DNA from: Myxococcota bacterium
Lineage (GTDB): Bacteria > Myxococcota > Myxococcia > Myxococcales > Myxococcaceae
Assembly: GCA_049322255.1 (NCBI GenBank)
Contig: JBMORE010000103.1
Location: 62,001-117,679 of the forward strand
Length of the DNA stretch: 55,679 nt
Direction of reading: 5' to 3'
The position numbers and the translations under genes were made by a program. Shown one piece after another: positions 9,659-19,497 of this stretch. The notes under the pieces are model-generated. The model ran no database searches and was not told the DNA's origin. It was given only the letters and a program-made list of their open reading frames with translations. The first letter of the stretch is position 1. Each line of letters opens with the position of its first letter.

Positions 9659-12343
9659 TCATTCCACCAGGTGGCGGGCGTATTCCGCGCGCAGGCGGTC
9701 GTCCTCCAATGCACTGGCCGCCTCGGTGAGCAGCTCGTGCACCCGCTGGGCATGGTGGCGCAAGGCGGGGTCGGGGTGGCCGACGTACTTGAGGGGGTCG
9801 AACTCCGCCGCCAGCACCTCGAAGGCGCACCGCACCTCCTCGGCGCCGGCTGTCCGCGACAGCCCCAGCACCGAGAAGTAGTCGGCGTCTTGAATGGAGG
9901 CGTATTTGGCCTCCAGGCGGCGTACATCCAGGTCGGCCGCAGCGGCGGGAGCCGGCCGAACCGGGGGACGCAGCTCGACGAAACCCAGCGTGCGCGCAGC
10001 GGCCAGCGCGGACAGCCCCACCTCCTGCCGAAGCCCGGCGGCGAAGAGCAGCTCCTCGAGCGTGGCCTCGCCGTCGACCATCGTCAGCAGGCGGCGCTCC
10101 TTCTCGGAGAAGCCCAGCTCGCGGCCGTCGACCGGCTCTAACACCACCGGCACTGCCTCCAGCCCGCCCAGCGCGTGCAACAGCTCCCCTGCGTCCACCG
10201 CCCGCCGCAGCGCCTCGGCGGCCAACTGGAGCACGCCCAAGGGCGAGGCGACCAACGCCACGTCTGCCTCGGGAGCGACCTCGGCCAGCCGATAGAGGGA
10301 GGAGGCCTCGCTCAACGCCTCCAGGGCCACCTGCTCGGTGTGCCGCTGCACCAAGGGAACGACCTCGGCCTCGCGCAAAAAGCCGCGCTCGACGAGGACC
10401 CGCACCAGCTCGGCGGTCGAAGCCCCGCGCAAAAGCCGAAGCTCGTTCTCCTGCCGAGCGTCGATGAGCCCGTCGCGGCGGGCGCGGTCGAGCAACGACT
10501 CATGGGCCAAAGACGAGGTGGCGCCTACGACCGCCCCCCGGCGCAGCCACAGGGTGCGCAGCGCGTCCTCTGCCTGCAGCTCCAATCGCACCTCGGCGCG
10601 GGCACGAGCGAGCTTGGCCACCAGGTGGGCGAGCGCTCCGCGGTCGACGCTCCCCCCGGAGGAGATGCCCAACGCCGGCCGCCCCGGCACTTCGAAGGAA
10701 AGGGTGACGGCCTTCGCCGCCGCCTCGGACGCCTCCTCCCGGGCCTGTTCGGCGAGCGCCTCGGCCTGAGCGGCACGCTCGGCTTGTGCGTGGGCTTCTT
10801 CCTGAGCGCGTGCGGCGGCGAGACGCGCCTTTTCCAGCTCCTGCGCGAGCGCTTGGCGTTCCTCCTGGGCCATGCGCGAAAGCTCAGCGGCGGCCGCCTC
10901 CTCACGCTCCTGGCGCTCCCTGGCCATGGCCAGCTCGTGCTCGGCGGCGGCGCGGGCAGTCTCGAGCTGAGCCACCAGGCGGTCACGCTCCACGCGTTCC
11001 TTCTCGAGGAGCGCCTCCTGCTCTCTTTCGAACCGGGCCTTCTCTTCCCGGCGTGCCTCGCGCTCGGCGGCGACGCGGGCTTGCTCGGCCTCCTGACGCA
11101 AGGCCTCCAGCTCCGCCTCGAGGCGCTCGCGCTCCTCCCGCTCCGAGCGCACCAAGCTCTCCGCGTGCTGCAGCTGCTGGCGGGAGGCCTTTAACGCGGA
11201 CTGCGCTTCCCGTTCCCTCTGGGCGGCGTCCGCGGCCTCGCGGGCAGCACGCTCGGCGAGCGCTTGAGCTTCTTGGCGGGCCACCTCGGCAGCTTCTTGT
11301 GCAAGCGCGGCGGCCTCGCGGGCGGCGTGCTCTCGCGCGGCCAGCTCCTCGGCGCGCGCCGCAGCGCGTTGGGCGTCCTCCTCGCGAATGCGCGCCTCGG
11401 CGGCGAAGGCGTCGGCCTGGGCCTGTGCTTCCTCGCGCGCGCGCTCCAGACGGGCAAGCTCCTCGGTGGCGCGCAGCTCTGCCGAGACAGGTACTTCGTC
11501 ACCGTCCGAAACGCCCGAGGCGGTCGTTGCCTGGGCCACCGACTCGATGTCTGGACCGAGGTCGGGTGCCGCGTCGCCGACGTCGACGTGCCCAGACTCT
11601 TGCGCGAGCGCCTCGAAGGGTTCGACCTCGGTAGTGGTCGCCTCGGTACGCGCCTTTCGTCTCCGCGCCGCTTCCTCCCGCACCTCTTCCTCCAGGCGCA
11701 AAAGCTCCTCGTCTGCCGCCGTCTGGCCCAACGTCGAGTCGATGGCGGCGATCGCCTCCGCCTCCACTTCTTGGTGGGCCTGCTCGAAAGCGGCGGCGAC
11801 CGCGGCTTCGCCCGGGTTGGTGGCGGCTTCTTCCCAGTCGGTCTGCCCAAGCGCAGGCACGGACACGAGCGTCGGCTCCAGCTCAGCGGAGACCTCGGGC
11901 GGGGCGGTGGCGCGCCAGGGCTCCGGCTCCGGGACATGAACGGCCTTCGCCGAGGGGAGGGGGACATCCTGCTCGCGCAGCTGCCAGGCGTCGGCGTCGC
12001 TGGGCGAACGCAGGTTGTCGTCGACCAGCTCGAGGAAAGTGCCTCCGTCGAGCGGCAGCGGCACCACCGGAGCCCCGAAGCCCGGCACCGACTCGCCCAA
12101 GAGCAGCACGCGCGCGAGCTGGGCGTCGGGGTGTTGGGCGAGCTCCTCGAGCACCACCTGGCCGCGGCCGCCCTCCACCGCGGGGGAGAGAATGATGAGC
12201 GCGGGGAGGTAGTGGCCAAAGGCGATGACCGCGTCGGCGGCCGAGGTGGCCAGCACGACTTCATGGCCCTCACGGGCCAAGAGCCGGCGGAGGGCGGCGA
12301 TGGCCGCGATGTCGTCGTGAACGAGAAGAATCGGCGCCGCCAT
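9659..12343 (-). CDS. Receiver-like domain + acidic linker + long coiled coil + C-terminal J-like domain protein
   Basis: N-terminal ILLVHDD..., a long E/A/R-rich heptad region, and C-terminal DYFSVLGL..A...EV..AF..LA.EFDP. Confidence 0.8.
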   Translation of the reverse strand: MAAPILLVHDDIAAIAALRRLLAREGHEVVLATSAADAVIAFGHYLPALIILSPAVEGGRGQVVLEELAQHPDAQLARVLLLGESVPGFGAPVVPLPLDGGTFLELVDDNLRSPSDADAWQLREQDVPLPSAKAVHVPEPEPWRATAPPEVSAELEPTLVSVPALGQTDWEEAATNPGEAAVAAAFEQAHQEVEAEAIAAIDSTLGQTAADEELLRLEEEVREEAARRRKARTEATTTEVEPFEALAQESGHVDVGDAAPDLGPDIESVAQATTASGVSDGDEVPVSAELRATEELARLERAREEAQAQADAFAAEARIREEDAQRAAARAEELAAREHAAREAAALAQEAAEVARQEAQALAERAAREAADAAQREREAQSALKASRQQLQHAESLVRSEREERERLEAELEALRQEAEQARVAAEREARREEKARFEREQEALLEKERVERDRLVAQLETARAAAEHELAMARERQEREEAAAAELSRMAQEERQALAQELEKARLAAARAQEEAHAQAERAAQAEALAEQAREEASEAAAKAVTLSFEVPGRPALGISSGGSVDRGALAHLVAKLARARAEVRLELQAEDALRTLWLRRGAVVGATSSLAHESLLDRARRDGLIDARQENELRLLRGASTAELVRVLVERGFLREAEVVPLVQRHTEQVALEALSEASSLYRLAEVAPEADVALVASPLGVLQLAAEALRRAVDAGELLHALGGLEAVPVVLEPVDGRELGFSEKERRLLTMVDGEATLEELLFAAGLRQEVGLSALAAARTLGFVELRPPVRPAPAAAADLDVRRLEAKYASIQDADYFSVLGLSRTAGAEEVRCAFEVLAAEFDPLKYVGHPDPALRHHAQRVHELLTEAASALEDDRLRAEYARHLVE

Positions 12344-12467
12344 GGGCGGACCTGAGTCTAACTCAGGGAGGCAACCTGACGACTTTGCAGCGCCCTCGCG
12401 AGCGACCACCCAAGCGCCCGCTCTTCTTCAAGCCTCCTCGGGTTCGTGGCTTATAGTGGTAACAGTC

Positions 12468-12812
12468 ATGTCTTCCTTCGGAGCCGCCGAGCCTGCGAAC
12501 AATCGACCCGACCCCGTCGTCGGGAGCTGGGCCCTGCAGGAAGTACGACGCATCGTCACATCGGCGCTCGAGGGGCACCCGGCTCGCGTGTTCCTCTTTG
12601 GTTCTTGGGCCAAGGGGGCTGCCACCCGCCTGAGCGACATCGACGTGGGTGTGCTTCCGCTCGCGCGCCTACCCGGGGGCCTCTTAGCCAGCGTGCGCGA
12701 GCAACTCGAAGAGAGCCGCGTTCCCTACCACGTTGACCTCGTGGACCTGAGTGAGGCAGATGCCGCATTTCGCAACCGGGTGCTCCAAGAGGGCGTGGCA
12801 TGGACCGCTTGA
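12468..12812 (+). CDS. Minimal nucleotidyltransferase (MNT) antitoxin, pair 1
   Basis: LFGSWAKGAATRLSDID (GSX10DXD) and VDLVDL. Confidence 0.9.
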   Translation: MSSFGAAEPANNRPDPVVGSWALQEVRRIVTSALEGHPARVFLFGSWAKGAATRLSDIDVGVLPLARLPGGLLASVREQLEESRVPYHVDLVDLSEADAAFRNRVLQEGVAWTA

Positions 12813-13201
12813 GCGAGCGGATTGCGCTTGCCGAACGCGCCCTGGCGGCCTTCCAGGAGCTTTCTGGAAGGCCCAATCCCACCGCCATCGAACGCGATGC
12901 TGCCATTCAGCGCTTTGAATTCACATTCGAAGCAATGTGGAAATGCGCCCAACGCTTTCTTCAGGACGTGGAGAAGATTGCGGCCGGTTCACCACGCTCC
13001 GTTATCCGTTCCTCGAGAGACGTTGCTCTGCTGGACGACGCTCAAGCGGTATTGGCATTGCAAATGTGCGACGATCGCAACCAGACGGTCCACACGTACA
13101 ACGAGACGCTCGCCAAAGAAATCTTCTCCCGCCTGGATGGCTACGCGTCCCTCATCGCCTCCTGGTTGGCCAAAATCAGCGAACGCGCCGCTCTACCCTG
13201 A
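12800..13201 (+). CDS. HEPN toxin, HI0074/NTase_sub_bind family, pair 1
   Basis: RDAAIQRFEFTFE and RNQTVHTY (RX4HXY). Overlaps the MNT gene. Confidence 0.9.
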   Translation: MDRLSERIALAERALAAFQELSGRPNPTAIERDAAIQRFEFTFEAMWKCAQRFLQDVEKIAAGSPRSVIRSSRDVALLDDAQAVLALQMCDDRNQTVHTYNETLAKEIFSRLDGYASLIASWLAKISERAALP

Positions 13202-13226
13202 GAGCATTCGCTGCTCGGCTGGACGG

Positions 13227-15470
13227 CTACAGCATCGCCCCGGGGTCGACGTCGATGACCACCTTCACCGAGGCGGGCAGCTGGGCCAGCGATGCTTCGA
13301 CGGCGGCGAGGGGCCCCGACAACAAGGCGTGGCTGGGACCTTTGAGGAGCAACTGCCAGCGCGTCTTCCCCTTGATGCGCGCAATCGGCGCCGGCGCGGG
13401 CCCGAGCAGCCTCACCCCACGCGACGAATGGGGCAGCTTTTCCGCCATGCGGTCTCCCAAGAGGCGCGCCACGCCGGCGGTGCGCGAGGGGTCGGCGCCC
13501 TCCACCCGAATTGCCGCCAACCGGGTGAACGGCGGGTAAGCCATCACTTGGCGGCGGCGCAGCTCGGCCGCACAGAAGCCATCGAAGTCGTGCGCCAACA
13601 CCCGCGCCACCGGCTCGCTCTCGGGGTTGTAGGTCTGCACCAGCACGCGGCCGGCGTCCTTGCCCCGCCCCGCGCGCCCCCCCACCTGGGTGAGCAGGTG
13701 AAAGGTGCGCTCGGCAGCACGAAAGTCGGGGATGGCCAGCGAGGTGTCCGCCAGCACCACGCACACCAGCGTCACCCCGGGGAAGTCGTGCCCCTTGGCC
13801 ACCATCTGAGTACCGACGAGCACGTCGATTTCCCGACGCGCGAAGGAAGCGAGCAACTCGGTGAGCTTCTCGGCGCTGGTCGCCGAGTCCCGGTCCAACC
13901 GCGCCACCCGCGAGCGGGGAAAGCGGTCGGCAACCTCCGCTTCCACGCGCTCGGTGCCCACCCCCAGACGCAAGAGGCGACCGCCACACTCGGCACACGT
14001 CTCAGGTACCGGGAGCGCCTGCCCGCAGTAGTGACACATCACCCGCCGCGAGGAGAGGTGGTGCGTCAGACACACGTCGCAGGAAGCGCAACGGACGTTG
14101 CTGCCACACACCTCGCACAACAAGAAGGTGCTGTGCCCGCGCCGATTGAGAAAGAGGATGACCTGCTGGCCCTTGGCGAGCACCTCCTCCATCGCCGTTA
14201 GGAGTGGAGCGGACAGGATGGGCGCCTCCTCCACGGGAGCTTCGGGCGTGCGCGGCCGCTCGAGCCGAAGGTCCACCAACTCCACCTTCGGCAACGGGCG
14301 GTCATCGACGCGGGCGGTCAGCGAAAGCTTCCGGTAGCGGCCGCGGTGGACGTTTTCCAAAGTCTCCAACGAGGGCGTGGCCGAGCCCAGTACCACCAGC
14401 GCCCCCGTTTGCTTCGCCCGCACCACCGCAAGGTCGCGCGCGTGGTAGCGGAGCTTCTCCTCCTGTTTGAACGAGGGGTCGTGCTCCTCGTCGACCACCA
14501 CCACGCCGAGGTTCTGCACCGGCGCGAAGATGGCCGAGCGCACCCCCACTGCGATGCGCACCTCGCCCCGGCGGAGCAATTGCCAGTGCCGCAGCCGCTC
14601 CTTGTCCTTGAGCGCCGAGTGCAACACCGCCACCCCGGCACCGAAGCGGCTGCGAAAGCGCCCCACCAACTGAGGAGTGAGGGCAATCTCCGGCACCAGC
14701 ACCAGCGCGCCCTTGCCCAGCTCGAGCGCCCGCTCCACCACGCGCAAATACACCTCGGTCTTGCCGCTGCCGGTGACCCCATGGAGCAAGACCGGCGCGA
14801 ACCCACCCGCCTCGAGGGCGGCGACCAGCGCGTCGACGGCCACCGTCTGCTCCGCGGTGAGTCGTTCGGGCCGCGCGTGCTCCAGCCCTTCGCGCACCCC
14901 CGGCTTCACCACCTCGGCCATCAGACGCACCAGCCCACGGGCGGCGAGCTTCTTGAGCGACTCCTTGGCTCCGGGAATGGCGTGCGCCACCTCGTCGACC
15001 ATCGCCCGGCCGCCCACCGCAAGCAGGTAGGAGAGCGCCGCCTGTTGGGCCGGAGCGCGCGAAAGCGACGAAGTGTCGGCGCCCTCTGTCGCCGCCGCGA
15101 AGTGCACGACCTCCGCAGGAGCCTCCTTCGCCTCTTCCGTCGCCGAGAGCCCAGGCGGGAGCGCCGCGCGAATCGCCTCGCCCAACGGGTAGCGGTAGTG
15201 CGCGGCGGCGAAGCGCAAGAGGGCGATGAGGTCCGCAGGGAGGGCCGGTGTGTCCTCGAGGGCTCGCTCTAGGGAGCGCAGCTGCATTCCATTTGCGGCG
15301 AGCGGCGCGGCGGGCCCCAAGTAGAACGCCAGCGCGGTGCCACGGCCGAAAGGCACCAGCACCCGCTGGCCCACCGCGAGCTTTCCCTCGAGAGACTCGG
15401 GCACCAGGTAAGTGAACTCCCCGCGTACCGGGCGGCCGACGGCGACGGAGGCGAGAGAGGAGGCGGTCAC
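13227..15470 (-). CDS. priA: Primosomal protein N'
   Basis: GVTGSGKTEVY, VPEIALTPQ, DEEHD, SATPS, two Cys4 zinc clusters, GTQMVAKGHDFP, QVGGRAGR. Confidence 0.98.
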   Translation of the reverse strand: MTASSLASVAVGRPVRGEFTYLVPESLEGKLAVGQRVLVPFGRGTALAFYLGPAAPLAANGMQLRSLERALEDTPALPADLIALLRFAAAHYRYPLGEAIRAALPPGLSATEEAKEAPAEVVHFAAATEGADTSSLSRAPAQQAALSYLLAVGGRAMVDEVAHAIPGAKESLKKLAARGLVRLMAEVVKPGVREGLEHARPERLTAEQTVAVDALVAALEAGGFAPVLLHGVTGSGKTEVYLRVVERALELGKGALVLVPEIALTPQLVGRFRSRFGAGVAVLHSALKDKERLRHWQLLRRGEVRIAVGVRSAIFAPVQNLGVVVVDEEHDPSFKQEEKLRYHARDLAVVRAKQTGALVVLGSATPSLETLENVHRGRYRKLSLTARVDDRPLPKVELVDLRLERPRTPEAPVEEAPILSAPLLTAMEEVLAKGQQVILFLNRRGHSTFLLCEVCGSNVRCASCDVCLTHHLSSRRVMCHYCGQALPVPETCAECGGRLLRLGVGTERVEAEVADRFPRSRVARLDRDSATSAEKLTELLASFARREIDVLVGTQMVAKGHDFPGVTLVCVVLADTSLAIPDFRAAERTFHLLTQVGGRAGRGKDAGRVLVQTYNPESEPVARVLAHDFDGFCAAELRRRQVMAYPPFTRLAAIRVEGADPSRTAGVARLLGDRMAEKLPHSSRGVRLLGPAPAPIARIKGKTRWQLLLKGPSHALLSGPLAAVEASLAQLPASVKVVIDVDPGAML

Positions 15471-15561
15471 GCGAGGGCGCCAATCTACTTCAGGTCGCGG
15501 CGCGGCCCTTCAAGGGAACGGCGAGAGCACAGGACACTCTCAACTTGATAGAGTTCACCTC

Positions 15562-16272
15562 GTGCGCGTGGCGGTCCTTCTCATCTCCCTCATCGCTGCG
15601 GTCGCCCCGGCGGAGACCTTGACCATCCGTCGCTACACGAGCGATCCGGGCGATGGCGCCGCGGCTACGCTGATCGCCGAGCACCGCTTCGAGCTCCGGC
15701 GACTAGACATGCGGACCTGCGACGCCACCTCCTTCGCCGCGGAGTTGAAGGAGAAGCGGGTATCGGTAACCGTGACCACCGAACCCTTCGCGCCCCTGAA
15801 ACGGAAGTTCGATTTCGACCGTGGCACCATCGACGGCAAGCCGTCCATGGGTCATGACGGGCTGCCCTCGATGGAGTACGTGCAGAACAACTTCGGGAAA
15901 GCCATAGTCGTCTCCAAGATCAGCGCCATCTTCTCTGGGGTCAAGAAGAGCGTCCCGCCCGAGCACTTCATCTACATGCTCAATCCCCAATTCGCGCCCG
16001 CGTGGCCGCAGAAGCCCCCCGACGAGTGTGTGGCGACAGCCTACTGGGCGGACAAGGAGGGGCTTCTCTTTCTCCAACTCTACGGATCAGACGGTGCCGG
16101 CGCCTACCACACGTTCTTCCTGTTCGACGCCAAGACCGGTTTCCGCGGCCAGTACACCAACGGCTGCGGCTATCGGGGGACGTTCTGCGCCGGATCGATC
16201 GACTACCTCAGGAAGGGTTCGCCGGGCGAGAAAGAGTACCTGTCGATCGAGCTGAGGCCCTTGAGTCCCTGA
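15562..16272 (+). CDS. Hypothetical secreted protein
   Basis: Signal-peptide-like RVAVLLISLIAAVAPA and coding-like G/C-ending codons. No family recognised. Confidence 0.7.
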   Translation: MRVAVLLISLIAAVAPAETLTIRRYTSDPGDGAAATLIAEHRFELRRLDMRTCDATSFAAELKEKRVSVTVTTEPFAPLKRKFDFDRGTIDGKPSMGHDGLPSMEYVQNNFGKAIVVSKISAIFSGVKKSVPPEHFIYMLNPQFAPAWPQKPPDECVATAYWADKEGLLFLQLYGSDGAGAYHTFFLFDAKTGFRGQYTNGCGYRGTFCAGSIDYLRKGSPGEKEYLSIELRPLSP

Positions 16273-16341
16273 GCTCTGCGGCCTTTATGGTTCGCATGCG
16301 ACTCGAATATGTGACCGTCTTGTCGCGAGCAAGAGGTGCTC

Positions 16342-16382
16342 TTGACGCAATGATCAGGTGGTACTACTTTTTAACTACCTGA
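16342..16382 (+). promoter_or_regulatory. sigma70 promoter with overlapping inverted-repeat operator for the TA operon
   Basis: TTGACG (16342)-17 bp-TACTTT (16365). TCAGGTGGT (16354-62) and ACTACCTGA (16374-82) form an 8/9 inverted repeat around the -10. Confidence 0.7.
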
Positions 16383-16398
16383 CCGGAGAAAGCCGAGA

Positions 16399-16689
16399 TT
16401 GGCCGCGACGAGCCTGAAACTGCCTGAGGAACTCAAGAGACGGATCGCCACCTTGCTCGCGGGGTCCGGGAGGTCACCTCACGCGTTCATGGTCGAAGCG
16501 ATCGCGCGGGAAACTGAGCGGGCCGAGCTTCGCAAGCGCTTCGTGGCCGATGCGTTGCCCTCCGAACGGGCGGCGATGAAGTCGGGAAAGGCTTTCGAGG
16601 CCCGTGAAGTCTTCGCCTATTTCGAAGCGCGCGCTCGCGGTGAGAAACGCGCGCATCCCAGGGCCAAGGCGTGGCGACGATCTCGCTGA
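16399..16689 (+). CDS. RHH/CopG-family antitoxin
   Basis: TSLKLPEELKRRI...SPHAFMVEAI. Lies upstream of and overlaps a RelE/ParE gene. Confidence 0.85.
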   Translation: MAATSLKLPEELKRRIATLLAGSGRSPHAFMVEAIARETERAELRKRFVADALPSERAAMKSGKAFEAREVFAYFEARARGEKRAHPRAKAWRRSR

Positions 16690-16967
16690 CCGCTCGCGCG
16701 ACCGAGGATCTCCATCGACTGTTCGAGTTTCTCGTCGCGAGCGACTCGACGTTGGCCCAGGAGACGATCCACCGAATCGGTGAGGCCATTCAGATTCTCG
16801 ACCGGCACCCTTTGATGGGAAGAAAAGTCGAGCACGGGCTCCGCGAGCTGGTCATCTCCCGGGGACGCGCCGGATACCTGGCCCTGTACCGTTGGCATGA
16901 ACAGGACGATGTCGTGCTGGTCCTCGTGATTCGCCATCAGCGCGAGGCGGGTTATTCGGACGAGTAA
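16671..16967 (+). CDS. RelE/ParE-family toxin
   Basis: A.EDL.RL.EFL, HPLMGR, LRELVISRG..GYLALYR, IRHQRE. Confidence 0.9.
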   Translation: MATISLTARATEDLHRLFEFLVASDSTLAQETIHRIGEAIQILDRHPLMGRKVEHGLRELVISRGRAGYLALYRWHEQDDVVLVLVIRHQREAGYSDE

Positions 16968-16975
16968 GCCTCGCT

Positions 16976-18010
16976 TCAGCTCGACCAGCGAAAGCCCTTG
17001 CGCCGGGAGAAGGTGCCCCGCACCGGGTTCTCCAGCCCCAGCCGGGCGAGAATCTTGTGAATCGACATACGGTCGATGCCGGCGGCGCGAGCGGCGGCGG
17101 AGACGTTGCCTCCGTGGCGGCGTAGCAACGCAGTGACGAAGCGGCGATCGAACTCCTCCAACAGCCGCCGCTTGGCTTGGTGAAAAGGCTCGCCGACGTC
17201 GACGTGCACGTGCATCACCTCCGAGGGCTCGTCGCTTTGCGCCGACGCCGGTGGCTCTTCCAAAATCGCCACCCGCGCGACGGCGTTGGCCAGCTCGCGG
17301 ACGTTGCCGGGCCAGTCGTGCGCCATCCACTCCTCGACGAGCTCGGGAGGCGGCGGCGGCCGCTCGCCGGGCAGCCGCGACCAGAAGTGCTCAATGAGCA
17401 GCGGCACGTCCTCCCGCCGGTGGCGCAAAGCCGGCACGTGCACGTGAGCGACGGCGAGGCGGTAATAGAGGTCGGCGCGGAAACGTCCGCCGCGCATCTC
17501 GGCGGCGAGGTCGCGGTTGGTGGCCGCCAGCACCCGCACGTCCACGCCGAACGAGCGCTCGCCCCCCACCCGCCGCACCTCGCGCGACTCCAGCACCCGC
17601 AAGAGCTTGGGTTGCAGGGTCAGGGGCAGCTCGCCCACCTCGTCGAGAAAGAGGGTGCCCTGGTGCGCGCGCTCGAAGGCGCCTTCGTGGGTGGTCGTCG
17701 CCCCGGTGAAGGCGCCTTTCTCGTGACCGAAGAGCTCGCTCTCCACCAGGTTCTTGGAGAGCGCGCCGCAGTCGAGCGCTACCAGTGGCTTGTCCCGGCG
17801 CGGCGAGCGGGCGTGCAGCGCTTGAGCGACCAACTCCTTGCCCGAGCCGGTCTCACCGGTCACCAAGACGGTGGAATCAGTGGGAGCGACGCGCTCGAGC
17901 TGCGTGAACAGCCGGCGCATCGCCGGGCTATGCCCGCACAGCCCGAAATAGTGGGTGGGCTCCGCCGGCTGCACGGCCGCCGGGGGCGCCTTGTCGTCCC
18001 TCTCCGTCAC
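16976..18010 (-). CDS. sigma54-dependent Fis-family transcriptional activator lacking a sensory domain
   Basis: [46 protein letters not shown] and a C-terminal HTH. GTG 18010 lies just after the DUF1552 stop. Confidence 0.93.
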   Translation of the reverse strand: MTERDDKAPPAAVQPAEPTHYFGLCGHSPAMRRLFTQLERVAPTDSTVLVTGETGSGKELVAQALHARSPRRDKPLVALDCGALSKNLVESELFGHEKGAFTGATTTHEGAFERAHQGTLFLDEVGELPLTLQPKLLRVLESREVRRVGGERSFGVDVRVLAATNRDLAAEMRGGRFRADLYYRLAVAHVHVPALRHRREDVPLLIEHFWSRLPGERPPPPPELVEEWMAHDWPGNVRELANAVARVAILEEPPASAQSDEPSEVMHVHVDVGEPFHQAKRRLLEEFDRRFVTALLRRHGGNVSAAARAAGIDRMSIHKILARLGLENPVRGTFSRRKGFRWSS

Positions 18011-18045
18011 GCGGCGAGACCCTAGCAGCGGCCGTGCGCCCAACC

Positions 18046-19491
18046 TCACGAGCGAAGCTGCGGCAGCTCGCCCGTCACCTCTCCGAACGAGCTTCCGGCA
18101 AAGCCCACTGCCCTCATTGCGGTGAGCACCACGTTGCCCGGGTGCATGCCGGTCGCCACCACGTGCTGGCCGGGACGAAGCCCTCCGGCGCGGCCGGCGA
18201 GCAGCGCCACCATGTTGTCGGTGCAGTGTGAGCTGTAGATGTCTTGCGGGCTGGCCGGATCGCGCCCGTGCCCGGCCTCGGAGAGAAAGACGGCGGCGAC
18301 GTTGTCGATCATCTTCCCGTTGCCCTCGGGGGTGTCGCGGAACTTGGCGACGAGGTACCCGAAGTGCTTCATGTGCCAGGCGATGATTTTCCCCACGTTC
18401 TCGGTGGTGCACAGCTGCGCGTTGCTGGCGTGGCCAATCTCGTGCAGGTCGAGGTTCACCCCGATGAGCGGGTTCATGTTCATGAACGACTGGAACATGG
18501 TGAACATCAGCGACGCCGAGCGCGCCAGGTCGCAGGCGAAGGCCATGTGAATCAGGTCGCAGAAGACGCGCGCCCGCTCGTCTTCGTTGCTGTAGGTCGA
18601 GCCGATCGTCGGGTCCACCGGCGGGACGGGTTTGACGCATGTACCCGTCGCCGCCACCGGCGGAGGAACGGCGGCGATGCGGTTCTCCAGGTCGCGGATT
18701 TCATCGAAGTGGCCGGAGAGGCGCTCTTGGTCGGCGTCGCCCAGCTTTGGCAACAGCTCGGCGGTGTCGGCGCGCACCAGGTCGAGCACGCTCTTGCGCG
18801 CCCGCACCGCGCGGTCGGCGGCTGGGTCGACGGTGGTCCCGCCTCCGGTGAAGGCGCCAAAGAGGCTGGTGAACGCCTGCGCCGGGCTCACCGTGGGTGA
18901 GTAGGGCACGATGTTCCCGTTGGAGTTTTTCATCGTGGACATCGTGGAGCGGGCTCCCAGGGTGGTCTGTCGGTAGGCCGCCACCTGCACCCGGTAGGCG
19001 AGCACCTTGTGCGGCGTACCTTGCCCGATGGCGTTGGCCACCAGCCAGTCCGACGATTCGCCCTGCCCGTAGTCGGTGCTCCCGCTCGAGGGAGAGCGCA
19101 CCCCGGTGAACAGCGGGCTGGAGCTGGAGATGTGAAAAGCGGTGCGCCGCCCCGCGGGAGGCACCACCCCGCCGGTGTCCGCCGAGGTGGGAATGCGTAA
19201 GCCGGAGATGACGCTGATTTCGTTCTTGATGTTGTCGTGGTTGGCCAGCGGCGCCAGCGCGGTCTTGAGGTCGTAGTCGAAGCCGACCTTGCTGGGCACG
19301 TAGACGTTGCCTGGCTTGGAGGTGGAGCCGATGGCGCCTCCATGAAAGGCGACCAGGTAGCGTTTGGGAGCGAGCTGGCTCTGTGCGCTCGCCGGCGCTC
19401 CGTCGAGCATCGCCTCCAGCACCGGCAACCCCACCGCCACCCCTCCCAGGCCCTTGAGCAGCGCGCGGCGATTCAGCTTGAACGAAGGCAT
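18046..19491 (-). CDS. DUF1552-family protein (Tat-like N-terminus)
   Basis: [12 protein letters not shown]....LPVLEAM, SVLDLV, LG.AD..RL..H...IRDLE, AFACD, HEIGH. Confidence 0.88.
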   Translation of the reverse strand: MPSFKLNRRALLKGLGGVAVGLPVLEAMLDGAPASAQSQLAPKRYLVAFHGGAIGSTSKPGNVYVPSKVGFDYDLKTALAPLANHDNIKNEISVISGLRIPTSADTGGVVPPAGRRTAFHISSSSPLFTGVRSPSSGSTDYGQGESSDWLVANAIGQGTPHKVLAYRVQVAAYRQTTLGARSTMSTMKNSNGNIVPYSPTVSPAQAFTSLFGAFTGGGTTVDPAADRAVRARKSVLDLVRADTAELLPKLGDADQERLSGHFDEIRDLENRIAAVPPPVAATGTCVKPVPPVDPTIGSTYSNEDERARVFCDLIHMAFACDLARSASLMFTMFQSFMNMNPLIGVNLDLHEIGHASNAQLCTTENVGKIIAWHMKHFGYLVAKFRDTPEGNGKMIDNVAAVFLSEAGHGRDPASPQDIYSSHCTDNMVALLAGRAGGLRPGQHVVATGMHPGNVVLTAMRAVGFAGSSFGEVTGELPQLRS

Positions 19492-19497
19492 GTCTTC

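Noticed and set aside
10700..11450. Tandem-repeat-like DNA
   Set aside because: It reflects E/A/R-rich coiled-coil coding, not a discrete repeat element.
12351..12367. Integron attC site (GTCTAAC inside palindrome CCTGAGT-CTA-ACTCAGG) next to MNT-HEPN pair 1
   Set aside because: No matching GTTRRRY core at attC distance, no similar site at the other cassettes, and no integrase.
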